A DNA stretch of 64,000 bases from a virus. Positions 1 to 10,187 of the stretch are shown piece by piece (the stretch's first letter is position 1; every line of letters starts with the position of its first letter). The stretch spans positions 35,322 to 99,321 of the IMG/VR virus record IMGVR_UViG_3300034980_000576, one strand, 5' to 3'. The notes beneath the pieces were generated by a model. The model was not told where the DNA came from and made no database searches. It saw nothing but the letters and a program-made list of their open reading frames with translations. The translations under genes and the position numbers were made by a program.

Positions 1-1
1 T

Positions 2-256
2 CTCGAAAATATTCGAAATGATCGAAAAATTGCTAAAGAGTTCTTGAATGAGATAGCAAATCAGATAGCCACAGACGCTGATCAAAACAGAAGTTTAAGT
101 CCAGTCGCCGCAAAACACATTGAAACAATGCAACGCTCTAATGAACAGTTGGTAAAAATAATTAATATTAAACACAAAAATGCCACGATCTCCGAAGAAC
201 TCTCAGAGGATGACAAGACTAATTTATATGATATAATCCAAGGTACGACTTCGTAG
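2..256 (+). CDS. hypothetical protein, 5'-truncated by window edge
   Basis: The frame is open from base 2 (LENIRNDRKIAKEFLNEIAN...) to a TAG that overlaps the next gene's start; the ORF track calls only 44..256. Confidence 0.6.
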   Translation, partial: LENIRNDRKIAKEFLNEIANQIATDADQNRSLSPVAAKHIETMQRSNEQLVKIINIKHKNATISEELSEDDKTNLYDIIQGTTS

Positions 257-1530
257 TGTCTTTTGATTTCCTAAATCGATCAGATTATGTAAACAATGTC
301 GCTTCTTTAGATCTTTTACGTAAATCTATTAAGGAATCAATATCGTTCGACGCGTACGGAAAACGCGATATTTTTCCTGCCTTGGTTCTCATTCCACCGA
401 AAGCGATGACGGTTACCGAAGCTGCATCTCACGGCGCCCCAACCAAACGTGCAGCATCCCAGCAAGCTAAAGGCACTAATTATATCTTTAAAGTTAGAAT
501 TCTAGGAAAAAACTCGCCCCATCAATATCTCCCAGATCCTACAGATCCTTCATTTAATATCAATCCAGATGAAAGTACATGCTCTCCCCTCACGATTGTA
601 AATTTACATACAACCGTAGTCATGATCCATCAAGGCGGCTTTGGTACGCCAGCTTCACCACCCGCCATGGGAGACATAGTTGAGATTAGGCTGCAGCGTA
701 ACGGTGCCGGCGGAGCTTTAAATATGCAAATTGGAGAATACGTCAAAAAGGTGGCAGGTCAGGGCACCGGCGGCTCTAACTTTGATCAGAGCGGCACCTA
801 TAGTGTCGTGGGTAATTTTGATTATCTGGATGAATACATGCCAGTGAAGGCTCTGACTGCCACCTACACAGATCCTGGTGCTACTCCTATTAAAATAACC
901 AACGGAAGTTTATTGAAGGAAGGGATAATAGAGAGCGCCAAAAAGGGCTCTAAACAATACCGCCCCAAAATTCTAAAAAACCTCACTCAAGATTACGATA
1001 ACTTGGCTATGGCATTCGCAAACGCGAACGGCGGCAAGCAGCTGGGCGCTTATGGATATCGTCCCCTCGCGGTACAAATCTCCCTCTCTAAAAATCCAGA
1101 GAAGGCAGGACTTGCTGCCGAGCCTGGCACGTCTAATCACGGCTGGGGTACTGCGATAGATTTACACTATTATAGCTCGGCTACATCGTCGACACAGATC
1201 AAGCTCGAATTTAATAGCCCTGAATACAAGTGGCTATTAAAAAACGCGCACAAACATGGTTGGGAAAATCCAAGCTGGGCACTGCAAGGCCGCGGCCGTG
1301 AAGAGCCCTGGCACTGGGAATCAACTAAGATGAATAGATTTATAAATCTCGGTGGAAACACGCGCCCACCCCCGGGCGCGAGTTCGCGCCCACCGCCTGC
1401 ACCGGAGACGCCCCCGGTAGCAGAATACACATCTGCAGAAGAAGATCTGATGGCTGGCTACGACGCCGACGACGTGTACACATCTGCAGAAGAAGATCTG
1501 ATGGCTGGCTACGGTGAGTACGAAGATTAA
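256..1530 (+). CDS. putative baseplate/tail-associated protein with C-terminal M15B (VanY-like) Zn peptidoglycan peptidase domain
   Basis: M15 motifs GYRPLAVQ...AAEPGTSNHGWGTAIDL (SxHxxGxAxD)...YKWL...EEPWHWE (ExWH). Ends in a Pro-rich linker and an acidic repeat tail. Lies upstream of baseplate genes. Confidence 0.75.
   Translation: MSFDFLNRSDYVNNVASLDLLRKSIKESISFDAYGKRDIFPALVLIPPKAMTVTEAASHGAPTKRAASQQAKGTNYIFKVRILGKNSPHQYLPDPTDPSFNINPDESTCSPLTIVNLHTTVVMIHQGGFGTPASPPAMGDIVEIRLQRNGAGGALNMQIGEYVKKVAGQGTGGSNFDQSGTYSVVGNFDYLDEYMPVKALTATYTDPGATPIKITNGSLLKEGIIESAKKGSKQYRPKILKNLTQDYDNLAMAFANANGGKQLGAYGYRPLAVQISLSKNPEKAGLAAEPGTSNHGWGTAIDLHYYSSATSSTQIKLEFNSPEYKWLLKNAHKHGWENPSWALQGRGREEPWHWESTKMNRFINLGGNTRPPPGASSRPPPAPETPPVAEYTSAEEDLMAGYDADDVYTSAEEDLMAGYGEYED
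1426..1513 (+). repeat. perfect 37-bp direct repeat, 51-bp period, in frame (YTSAEEDLMAGY x2)
   Basis: tacacatctgcagaagaagatctgatggctggctacg at 1426..1462 and 1477..1513. Confidence 0.95.
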
Positions 1531-1616
1531 TTTGCTACTTCTGACTCACAATCAGTCATTTAAACTATACAAAAAACGTTTTTTTTGATACTTATATAAT
1601 ATAAAAGGGAATATTT

Positions 1617-2600
1617 ATGTCTTTTGATCCAAAGAAGCCTGGATTCGTCCCCTACGGGGCCCTGCTGGGATTTTACACACAATTTAAAGAGGCGCCCGAC
1701 GCCCTACGTCTGGTGCCGTCAGATTCCGGTATTTTCCATACATTAGTTCCGGGAAAACCATTACAATTTAAATGCGCCATCGGCGAATCTGTGATTAGCC
1801 ATGCCGGCTCATACATCACATTAGGCTCAGATCGCCCCGGTACAATTTTTAGTGGCTTCGGCGCCCGCGGCTATCAAAATGCCTCCACTATAGACTTGGT
1901 TGTGGGCCGCGGCGCTAGCGCCAAGGGCGGCGCCGGCCCAAAAGCCGAGTCGGTTGTATCCAATATGTTCTCCGCAGATGCAGCTAGAATCTATATTAGC
2001 CAATTGACAAAGATCGATCAAAACTTTGGAATTGCACAAGGGGTACCCGGCACAACGCGCCCTGGAGCCGCAGTTGGAATCAAAGCTGATGACGTCAGAA
2101 TTGTAGCGAGAAATAGCTTCAAGATTTGCACAGGCCGTGGATCAGGTTTCGAAGGGCATGGCACCCGCGGGGAAACAAATGCATTTGGCGGCAAGAGTAC
2201 GATTGCTCCCACTATCGAACTAATCGCAGGAAACTATTCAGAGTCAAAATGGGTTTACGGTGGTTTAAAGAACCCTATCGAGACGGTGCCTTATTTACAA
2301 GCCGCCGTCAAAGGCGAAAATCTCACCAAGGCGCTAACTGAAATGAATGAAATTATGGGAAATATATGGTCAGCTGTATATAATCTAGTCTTGATTCAAG
2401 CCGGCTATAACGTCACCAACTCAATCGATCCATGGCGTTCATGGAACGCTGCACAAGGCCCACCCGCGACAGGCGGCATAATGAGTTATGCTTTGATGAA
2501 TTTGTGGGCTACTCGTGTGAAAGGAACGATGTGGGAACAATATTATTTAGTAGAGTCGGGATATCGATATATCAATAGTCCCAATGTATTTTTAACATAA
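1617..2600 (+). CDS. putative baseplate hub/spike (gp5 C-terminal-like) protein
   Basis: 327-aa ORF of short beta-strand/Gly units (YITLGSDRP, TIDLVVGR, ARIYISQ, VGIKADDVRIVAR, TIELIAG). Sits between the peptidase gene and the gp25/gp6 genes. Function is inferred from context. Confidence 0.4.
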   Translation: MSFDPKKPGFVPYGALLGFYTQFKEAPDALRLVPSDSGIFHTLVPGKPLQFKCAIGESVISHAGSYITLGSDRPGTIFSGFGARGYQNASTIDLVVGRGASAKGGAGPKAESVVSNMFSADAARIYISQLTKIDQNFGIAQGVPGTTRPGAAVGIKADDVRIVARNSFKICTGRGSGFEGHGTRGETNAFGGKSTIAPTIELIAGNYSESKWVYGGLKNPIETVPYLQAAVKGENLTKALTEMNEIMGNIWSAVYNLVLIQAGYNVTNSIDPWRSWNAAQGPPATGGIMSYALMNLWATRVKGTMWEQYYLVESGYRYINSPNVFLT

Positions 2601-2619
2601 TAAATTAATAGGAAAACAA

Positions 2620-5600
2620 ATGGCAGATTCAAAATTTTTAAGATTCCAAGACGTCGATAACGATGGCTTGATCGATGTTTGTGATGATTTAATCACCACT
2701 CCGGAGACTCCGTGTAAAGGCCCGTGTACTCCAAATCCAGCGGCAATCAACCCACAATGGAAAAATCGGGATATTAATGAACCATTCCTTAATGAGAAAA
2801 AATGCTACTATCAAGTAACAAAAGTTACTCCTCACTCTACAATACAGACAGATGTTGATGTTAACTTTAAAGAGTTTAAAGAAGAGGCTGTTGATAGTTT
2901 ATTAAATTTCTACGATAAGGATGATGGTTTCACTTCTAAGGAGAAAGTCCGGAATGCGATGATTTTTGATCGGTATGACTTAGATCCGCATCCCAATACG
3001 CGCTTAAAATTATTATATTCGGTACCGTTTGACGTTATTTATGAACTCCCGGATGCTGTGCCGGAAGATGAGCCATTCGAGGACGATGAGCCCGGAACAG
3101 TTAAGGTAACATTTAATGCTGCACAGTTGACAACTCAAATCATTCGAGTAAGAACAGGCTTAGGCATGTACGGACGCCTATTGAAAGTTTACAGATCTAT
3201 TGGCGAGGGCAATGCTTACTATAAGGCGAATCGTACGATTTTCAATCTTGATGATTACGGCGACATGGGACTCTGGAGCGACAGTATTATGAAACAGCTG
3301 ATGAACGGCCTTGAGGGATTTTTAGACGCTAAAGATTATAGGCTCCCCGGTCAATTTTGGGGTGCATTTAGCAGCGATCGCTTAGTTACAAAACTCAAGT
3401 TTGTGTTCGACGACTACGAATTAAAATCTATGAGAGTCTGGACGGTTGCGTGCGGAAATAAACCCCGCTACTTTGGCAAAAAGAAGCTGCGCCCACTGCG
3501 TGCACAAGGGCCCTGGAAAAACAAAACAGCAGTAGCGTATTTTACTAAGCTACCAGAAATGGCTCGCGCCTTTAATGCGAGAGTACAAATTCCATGGCAA
3601 GACTTTGTTGAAAAGTACACCTACCCAAAAGTATTTTTTGACATAAAAGAAGGCAACACAGAGAAGACAATAGGCTCTTGTGTGGCTGATGCTCTAGCTG
3701 ACGAGTTTAAAGAACTCGGACAAGACGTCTTAGACAAGGTGTTCACCATTGGTGATGCTATAGCCTATTTGTGGAGAAAATCCATTTGCCGCGACTCCAT
3801 TAATGAATCCTTGGCAGACGACTTCTTAGCTGGCACTTACCCCGGCGCCGGAACCCCGGATATGACAAAGGCGTTTGGAATGGGGAAGGAGCAGGCATTT
3901 GGAAATTTATCTAAAGATGATAATGTATTCGTCATGATGTGCATGGCTGTGGCTGCGTCCTCCTCTAACTTGGGCTCAGTATCGTCGATGATGGGAAACA
4001 TGTATAAATTCGGGTTCCAGCGCATAAAAATATGCGGGTTGTTCGATCTACTCGGTTCTGTTATCCAGTGTCTCACTGGCGGCTTAACTCTGGATGAAGC
4101 GCTATCAACGATGTTAGAGGCAGCCCTCAAAAATATGGGAATTGAACAGTTTGGAGATCTTTTCAAGGGCTTACCAACACACAAACAGCGCGAGCTTGGA
4201 GCAATGGTAGAAAAACAACTCAGAGAGGGCAGTTTCTTTTCAAATGAGTCTGTCGCCATTGAAAAACCTTGGGAAAATCAAGCGGTTATTGACAAAGAGC
4301 GCGAAAATATGTCTGAAGATAACTTTGAGGGCATGACACCTACGCCCAACAGCCAAGTGGAAGAACCCAAATATGAAAGAACTTTGGTGGAGCAAAATGA
4401 CAAACCCCAGCGCGATACAGTGCCAGTCGATAAAATTATGCAGGCATATATATCAGCATTGCTAGAATATTATAGCGAGAATCTCTTTGAACTACTCGAC
4501 GAGTTGAATAAATTCCCGGGCGCCCAAATTATTGCAGCTATCATCGGCTCTTTAGATTGTCCTCATCCTCCCCTCCTCAACCCTTCGTTTCCTGATTTCA
4601 TAAAATCAATTATATTCCCATTCTGCACCAGTATGTCGGAGTTTTCACTCCCTCGTCTTGAAAATCCTCTACAATATTATCCCGATTTTGCCGACATTAC
4701 CGCCTTTATCTGGTACATGGCTAAAAAAATCGTTATAATGATCGTTTGGCAAATTTTGATGATTCTCATGGCTAAAATTTGTGAATTAATTGGAAATGCC
4801 ATCTGCAAAGCTCTTGAGGTGACAGGTGCTGTTATCGGGGCCCTCCCTGGCGCCATGGCAGGGACAGCCGATTTGGGGCAAGTCATTAAAGATACAATCT
4901 GTGGGCCAGAAGCTGATGACAAACAAGTAGAGGACACGATCTTAGATCTCATGAGCCAACTCGGACTCGGCTCTGCTGCGTTTGCTAACCGCGATAGAAC
5001 ACTTCAATTCGGCTTAGATCTTTCTTCATCACTCACAACAGCAGAATTGCAGAATGCGCTTCTTGGAAATCCATCCCCGATATTCTTAGAAATAGTGGAT
5101 CACTTAATTGAGTATGAGTACCCAGAATTCCGAGAGGGTATTCAAAATCGGAATGCTGTAGGGAGGTTCTTCAAGAATATTGGTAATCTTATTCCAATAG
5201 AAGCCCGTGCAAAACTCGAAGACGCTGCCAACGAAAATATCTGGGACTTAGGCCCCGATGGGGAGGAAGGGGCAAACATCGTGGCGGCAAACCCGTCCAT
5301 GTGTTCTACTCCCGAACAGATCGAACAATTTAAAGCCTTACGTTGTGAATTGTTAGAAGGCAGAGCAACGCCCGAACAATGTCATGAAATGTTCTGCGAT
5401 ATGCGTGAAGGAACTTTGGAAGATCTAGCCGACTTATCTGACATTCTTCAAGGTGGCTTGGGTAACCATATTGTGAAGAATATGCCACCACTAGTTAGCG
5501 AACCCGGATGCGATGACGGGATCTTCCCATGGGAATCCCCCCAGATGGCAGCCTTGGGTGTTCACGCTCTTAGTGGAGATCTTGAGATGCTTAAAATCGA

Positions 5601-8600
5601 TTACGCCAAAGATATGATGGGTAATGGTAATTTTTGGAATAGTGATTCTCAATGGGGATTTATGAATATGATGTTATCAGACACTCAAGCTTTCGCTCTT
5701 ACTAGTCACCACGCCAAAACATCAAATGAAAAAGCATATGTAAATTATGCCACAAATCTACCAAATGGCGGCGAAGCCACCTCGGGCTTCTTCTCCTTTT
5801 TCCAATCGTCTCAAGGGTTTAGTGGGCAGATCGGGCAATATCCCTATTATGTGGGAGAGTGGATGAAGAGACAATTTTTGAATGCTGGAATGCCGTCGTC
5901 CCAGCGGGATAACTTTGTTATCAAGCCTGGATTTTATTCTCTTACGAGCATGGGGAACGATTTGCGCGCTTCCATGCACGGCAGCGGCTATGGGTTTAGA
6001 AGCTCCAATGGCTCTACCGGTACCAAGAAATATTATGTTGATTTTGAAAAACTGCAGTACAACAACTTTTTTGGCTCCTTAACACAAGGCATCAACCTAT
6101 TCATGGTTCCGGACTTTGGTTATAACACCAGTCTTAGAGCCAACATGAACACGGAACAGGTGGAGGTTACTCGTGAAATTAGGAAAGGAACCGGCATTAA
6201 AGTTAACGGCGGCGACGGATCGCACTCAGGAAAGTCTCTATACTCTCCAGCAGAATTGGGGTGTGACATGGTATTGGATTTCCGAGATAACGCCGCCGGC
6301 ATGCGTCTCGGCGGTAAGGGCTGGATCCCAGCTGACGATAAATGGGACTACATCTCTACCAATGAAGGTGGCAAACCATCGGACTGGGCGCCCGGCGGTA
6401 AGTGGGGCACCGAATGGTCTTATGGATATGAGATTCAATGTTATTTCAATGACATTCACAAGGACGAAACCGGAAATACAAGAAACCGCTTTGATGATAA
6501 TATCCGGCTTGAGCTTGTTGAAAAAGTTAATTATGGATCCGACCACATGGGCCCATTGGGTAAAGCAATGGAAGACGAGATGACGAAAATGGCACCCTTC
6601 GATCTTCCGAACTGGATTGAAGGCATACCGATCGTCGGCTGGGCAATTGAGAGCGTGATTAATCTTATATTGATGCCCTTTACTCAGTTGATTGTGAGAG
6701 CCGTTAAGGTGGCAGCACTCCGAGCTAGCGAAGAAGTACACCGCATTAGAGAATTTGAATTCATTTCAGTAGACGATGGTTTGGATGTCTTCTTCGTCGA
6801 ACCCGATCCGGAGGATACTCAGCATCCCAAGCTCTCAGATTATCCGGAATTCGCAAGGATTAAAAATCAACTCACACCCGAATCTCCACCTGTCCTCCTT
6901 TTATCCGACATGACAGGATTGAGCAAATCGGAAGCCAAAGCAAGGTATGATTCTACAATGAACTCCATGTTTCAGAAATTGGCATATGAGATTGGTGACG
7001 CAGAGGACAAGAGCGGCGGTTGGCTTTATGGTGCAGATTATGATTATTTGACGCAAGATGATACTCTCTACGGCGTTAAAACTGACGCAGGCGAATTTGT
7101 TCCTTATTATCTGTCGGGCTACGAAGAAGAAGATATGGTGCTTGGGATAAGCTGGGATCAATATATGAACCCAAAAAATCCGAGAGTAATTTATTTGAAT
7201 CCTGCAATATATGGGGGGAGTTATAGCAAACCTCCCTTACATATTAAACCGCTGCAATATAAAGGTTGGATGGGATTTGTGCAGGTATTCTTTCCAGAGT
7301 CTACTGCTTGTAAACCCCACTCTGTAGATTTGGTGGATTTTGGAGAAATAGAGTCATTTATTCAGGAACATTTCCCGAAGATGGCAGATGATCCTCGTCT
7401 CACTAAAGATCCAGAGTGTGTTAGAGAGGTGCCATTTAAGAGAATTATGACACGCGCCGGGAAGACGGGCATGTACTCCTTGGTTATGGCAGCCATTAGG
7501 GTGTATGCTTCTACTCATCTATTTAAAGCCATGGGAACCTTTTCACAAATTATGCCGAAGTTCCCCGATAATTTTAGTAGTATTTATTCATCTTATATAG
7601 TGGAAAGGATAGAGGAAGATTTCAGAGATGCACCGGACGGCTTTTGGGGATGGGCACAATCATTTAAGGATGATGAATTCTGGTATGGATTCTTAGAACA
7701 GTCTGTTGAATGTTACAATTTCTTGGTAGAGGCCGGCGAGATAGAGATCCCCAAACAGGGCGGGTACCTCCAGAGTGCCTTTGACACCATCAATGATCTA
7801 CAAACAGAATACAAATTCCCAATGCGCCCAACCCAGACTCGTAATTATGTTAACTCAGAAGGCGAAGAGAAGAAGCAACGAGTGATGGGTTTGTGGGATG
7901 CAAAGATAGCCGGCGAGGCTGGATGGTTCCAATCGCTCAAGGGTTATCGTTCAGATGAAAACTTTGAAGCTATTCAATCTGTTGAAGAGCATGCTAAATT
8001 GATTTTACAACAGTTGGTAAATTTTGAACTTACCAAAATGGGCAAAAGGCTCGTGGAAAATATGAGGCAGTACGGATTTAACCCTCGGATATTTGACTTA
8101 GATTATTACGCATTTACGGAGATGAATGCATCTAATAGCGGCGGTGGTGGCGCCCCCGGATCTGTAAACGGTCCGTTACACTTTGCAGGCCCAGAGGCTG
8201 TTGATATAATTCAAGCGCTCCCCACACCGGACAATCCAGATCCACGTGGCGAGGGTGTTTCATGGCCCGGCCCGTACTATACAAAAGGCGCCGAGTTCCG
8301 CGTGGCAATAGACAATGATTCAACTAACGAATTTTCGTATGCTGATGAATATGTTGGATATTACCATGGGCATATCGATGAGGAGGGAGATGTTATATAT
8401 ATGGTAGGCGAACAACACACTGGAGACGCCCAAGACGTCCTCACCCCAGTTGATAACTTAGTAGCAGTGGGCACTGAAGCATATATTGAAGAAAGAGTAA
8501 ACATCGATGAGATGATGGGAGATTCGAGTCGCAGCGCCTATGAAGCAGCGAGTGACGCAGAAGCAGCGAGAGAAAGACAAAGTTCTCCGTATCCAAAAAT

Positions 8601-9753
8601 GAAAACAGAAAAAGTATATATTGGTACTGTTCCGGCACTCGGCGAAACTTCCGGTGGTTCCGAATCGCAACCTTATGCCATAGAACAGTATGTATCTGTT
8701 AATGGAACTAAAATGACGCCATCAACAGCCAAAGCTACAATAACGGCACAGGACACCAACCTGCGAATATCCGATGTTTACCCCGGCACTTTACAATTAG
8801 TACATAATGACGCCGGCATTGAAGTTGGTATTAAGGGCAATATAGGAGTTCGCTACGGACTTGCTTTTTATTATATGGATGGAATGAAGAAACTAATAAC
8901 TACCGTGGAAGTTGATTCTCTGGATGTCAAAATCGGACAGTGGAATGTTATGCAACCAAGCAGTAAGTTGTTAATGTGTTTGCTTAATAAACTAAAAGAA
9001 GACGAAAGATATAAGCTAATGACAGATTATATTTTCCCACTTAACAAAGTTACTGCGATTTGGGCAATTTATAATGATTTCGGCATTATGTCATCTTTGG
9101 GAGAAGTTACTTGCGGCTCCGGCGATGACACCATGTGGCTTCCAACGGGTGTAGGCGGCGCCCTGCTCGCCTTGGCGGGCATAGACGCCGGCGATATTGC
9201 AAAACCTAGCGATTGGCTTTCCGGAACCCCATTTACTCAAGTTAAGGTTAAGCCCGGCTCACGCGCATATATTCACCGAGACGTACTCGAAAAAGAATAC
9301 GCATGGAGTAGTATGTCAGAAGCAATGAAAGACGCACTAATGCCATTCAGGGTTCCATGGTTCGATGATTCCATCGAATATGAAATAATCTCCTTTGATC
9401 AAAGCAAAAGCGGAATAACAGGAAATGAAGGCTGGGCGGCATATACTGATCGCGGAGACGCACCATTAGCCGGCTGGTGGAGAACGACGTGGGACGAGTG
9501 GGATCGAAGACTGTTGAGGAATAGCGCTTACCGGATTAAGAAACTGTTTAAGTCTTATTATTATTCGCGCGATTATCGCCCGGGCGATGACCTCTTAGGC
9601 GATAGTGAGTCACCTTCATTCTTATTTTTGAAGAACCTCAAGGCAGCGATGTTCCCTGTTCCCGGCAAGAGTATGTTGCCATGGTGGCAGCGTGGAAGAC
9701 TTCGTAGTAGTCCCTTTAATGCTAAGGGTGAAATGTGCAACGGGAAAGACTAA
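2620..9753 (+). CDS. giant (2377 aa) hypothetical virion protein
   Basis: Long ORF with RBS-like aggaaa. Has an N-terminal DVDNDGLIDVCDD motif, many Cys and two hydrophobic segments. Located in the baseplate cluster. Confidence 0.6.
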   Translation: MADSKFLRFQDVDNDGLIDVCDDLITTPETPCKGPCTPNPAAINPQWKNRDINEPFLNEKKCYYQVTKVTPHSTIQTDVDVNFKEFKEEAVDSLLNFYDKDDGFTSKEKVRNAMIFDRYDLDPHPNTRLKLLYSVPFDVIYELPDAVPEDEPFEDDEPGTVKVTFNAAQLTTQIIRVRTGLGMYGRLLKVYRSIGEGNAYYKANRTIFNLDDYGDMGLWSDSIMKQLMNGLEGFLDAKDYRLPGQFWGAFSSDRLVTKLKFVFDDYELKSMRVWTVACGNKPRYFGKKKLRPLRAQGPWKNKTAVAYFTKLPEMARAFNARVQIPWQDFVEKYTYPKVFFDIKEGNTEKTIGSCVADALADEFKELGQDVLDKVFTIGDAIAYLWRKSICRDSINESLADDFLAGTYPGAGTPDMTKAFGMGKEQAFGNLSKDDNVFVMMCMAVAASSSNLGSVSSMMGNMYKFGFQRIKICGLFDLLGSVIQCLTGGLTLDEALSTMLEAALKNMGIEQFGDLFKGLPTHKQRELGAMVEKQLREGSFFSNESVAIEKPWENQAVIDKERENMSEDNFEGMTPTPNSQVEEPKYERTLVEQNDKPQRDTVPVDKIMQAYISALLEYYSENLFELLDELNKFPGAQIIAAIIGSLDCPHPPLLNPSFPDFIKSIIFPFCTSMSEFSLPRLENPLQYYPDFADITAFIWYMAKKIVIMIVWQILMILMAKICELIGNAICKALEVTGAVIGALPGAMAGTADLGQVIKDTICGPEADDKQVEDTILDLMSQLGLGSAAFANRDRTLQFGLDLSSSLTTAELQNALLGNPSPIFLEIVDHLIEYEYPEFREGIQNRNAVGRFFKNIGNLIPIEARAKLEDAANENIWDLGPDGEEGANIVAANPSMCSTPEQIEQFKALRCELLEGRATPEQCHEMFCDMREGTLEDLADLSDILQGGLGNHIVKNMPPLVSEPGCDDGIFPWESPQMAALGVHALSGDLEMLKIDYAKDMMGNGNFWNSDSQWGFMNMMLSDTQAFALTSHHAKTSNEKAYVNYATNLPNGGEATSGFFSFFQSSQGFSGQIGQYPYYVGEWMKRQFLNAGMPSSQRDNFVIKPGFYSLTSMGNDLRASMHGSGYGFRSSNGSTGTKKYYVDFEKLQYNNFFGSLTQGINLFMVPDFGYNTSLRANMNTEQVEVTREIRKGTGIKVNGGDGSHSGKSLYSPAELGCDMVLDFRDNAAGMRLGGKGWIPADDKWDYISTNEGGKPSDWAPGGKWGTEWSYGYEIQCYFNDIHKDETGNTRNRFDDNIRLELVEKVNYGSDHMGPLGKAMEDEMTKMAPFDLPNWIEGIPIVGWAIESVINLILMPFTQLIVRAVKVAALRASEEVHRIREFEFISVDDGLDVFFVEPDPEDTQHPKLSDYPEFARIKNQLTPESPPVLLLSDMTGLSKSEAKARYDSTMNSMFQKLAYEIGDAEDKSGGWLYGADYDYLTQDDTLYGVKTDAGEFVPYYLSGYEEEDMVLGISWDQYMNPKNPRVIYLNPAIYGGSYSKPPLHIKPLQYKGWMGFVQVFFPESTACKPHSVDLVDFGEIESFIQEHFPKMADDPRLTKDPECVREVPFKRIMTRAGKTGMYSLVMAAIRVYASTHLFKAMGTFSQIMPKFPDNFSSIYSSYIVERIEEDFRDAPDGFWGWAQSFKDDEFWYGFLEQSVECYNFLVEAGEIEIPKQGGYLQSAFDTINDLQTEYKFPMRPTQTRNYVNSEGEEKKQRVMGLWDAKIAGEAGWFQSLKGYRSDENFEAIQSVEEHAKLILQQLVNFELTKMGKRLVENMRQYGFNPRIFDLDYYAFTEMNASNSGGGGAPGSVNGPLHFAGPEAVDIIQALPTPDNPDPRGEGVSWPGPYYTKGAEFRVAIDNDSTNEFSYADEYVGYYHGHIDEEGDVIYMVGEQHTGDAQDVLTPVDNLVAVGTEAYIEERVNIDEMMGDSSRSAYEAASDAEAARERQSSPYPKMKTEKVYIGTVPALGETSGGSESQPYAIEQYVSVNGTKMTPSTAKATITAQDTNLRISDVYPGTLQLVHNDAGIEVGIKGNIGVRYGLAFYYMDGMKKLITTVEVDSLDVKIGQWNVMQPSSKLLMCLLNKLKEDERYKLMTDYIFPLNKVTAIWAIYNDFGIMSSLGEVTCGSGDDTMWLPTGVGGALLALAGIDAGDIAKPSDWLSGTPFTQVKVKPGSRAYIHRDVLEKEYAWSSMSEAMKDALMPFRVPWFDDSIEYEIISFDQSKSGITGNEGWAAYTDRGDAPLAGWWRTTWDEWDRRLLRNSAYRIKKLFKSYYYSRDYRPGDDLLGDSESPSFLFLKNLKAAMFPVPGKSMLPWWQRGRLRSSPFNAKGEMCNGKD

Positions 9754-9806
9754 TATTCTTTATAGCGTAAAAAAACAATGATTCTATTTATTAATAGGGG
9801 AAAAAG

Positions 9807-10175
9807 ATGTCTTCTTTAGCTGTGAAATTACCAATTACTCGCAATACAGCCGACGGCTTTACGATGATTAAGAATTTTAAGACTCTGATTAATCAGAATC
9901 TGAAGATGCTCGTCCTCACGGCACCCGGCGAAAGAATAATGGAACCTGCCTTCGGCGTAGGTGCCAGACAATATTTATTTCAAAATTTTGGCAATGATGT
10001 ATATCAAGAAATAGCGGCAAATATCCGGAAACAAGTGAGAGAGTTTATGCCAGCCGTAGGTATACAACAGATAAATTTCGATGATAGTAACCCAAACGTG
10101 CACGTCCTCGGAATAAGAATTGTTTACTCGATACCGGATATTGGAGTAACAGATTTATTAGAATTTACTATTTAA
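9807..10175 (+). CDS. baseplate wedge subunit, GPW/gp25 family
   Basis: QNLKMLVLTAPGERIMEPAFGVG...YLF matches the gp25 signature (LxTxxGERxxxPxFG); 122 aa; directly upstream of the gp6-like gene. Confidence 0.9.
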   Translation: MSSLAVKLPITRNTADGFTMIKNFKTLINQNLKMLVLTAPGERIMEPAFGVGARQYLFQNFGNDVYQEIAANIRKQVREFMPAVGIQQINFDDSNPNVHVLGIRIVYSIPDIGVTDLLEFTI

Positions 10176-10187
10176 AAGAGACTTTTT

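Noticed and set aside
1571-1584. Palindrome AAAAAACGTTTTTT in an intergenic gap
   Set aside because: Low complexity with no GC stem; not supportable as a terminator or operator.
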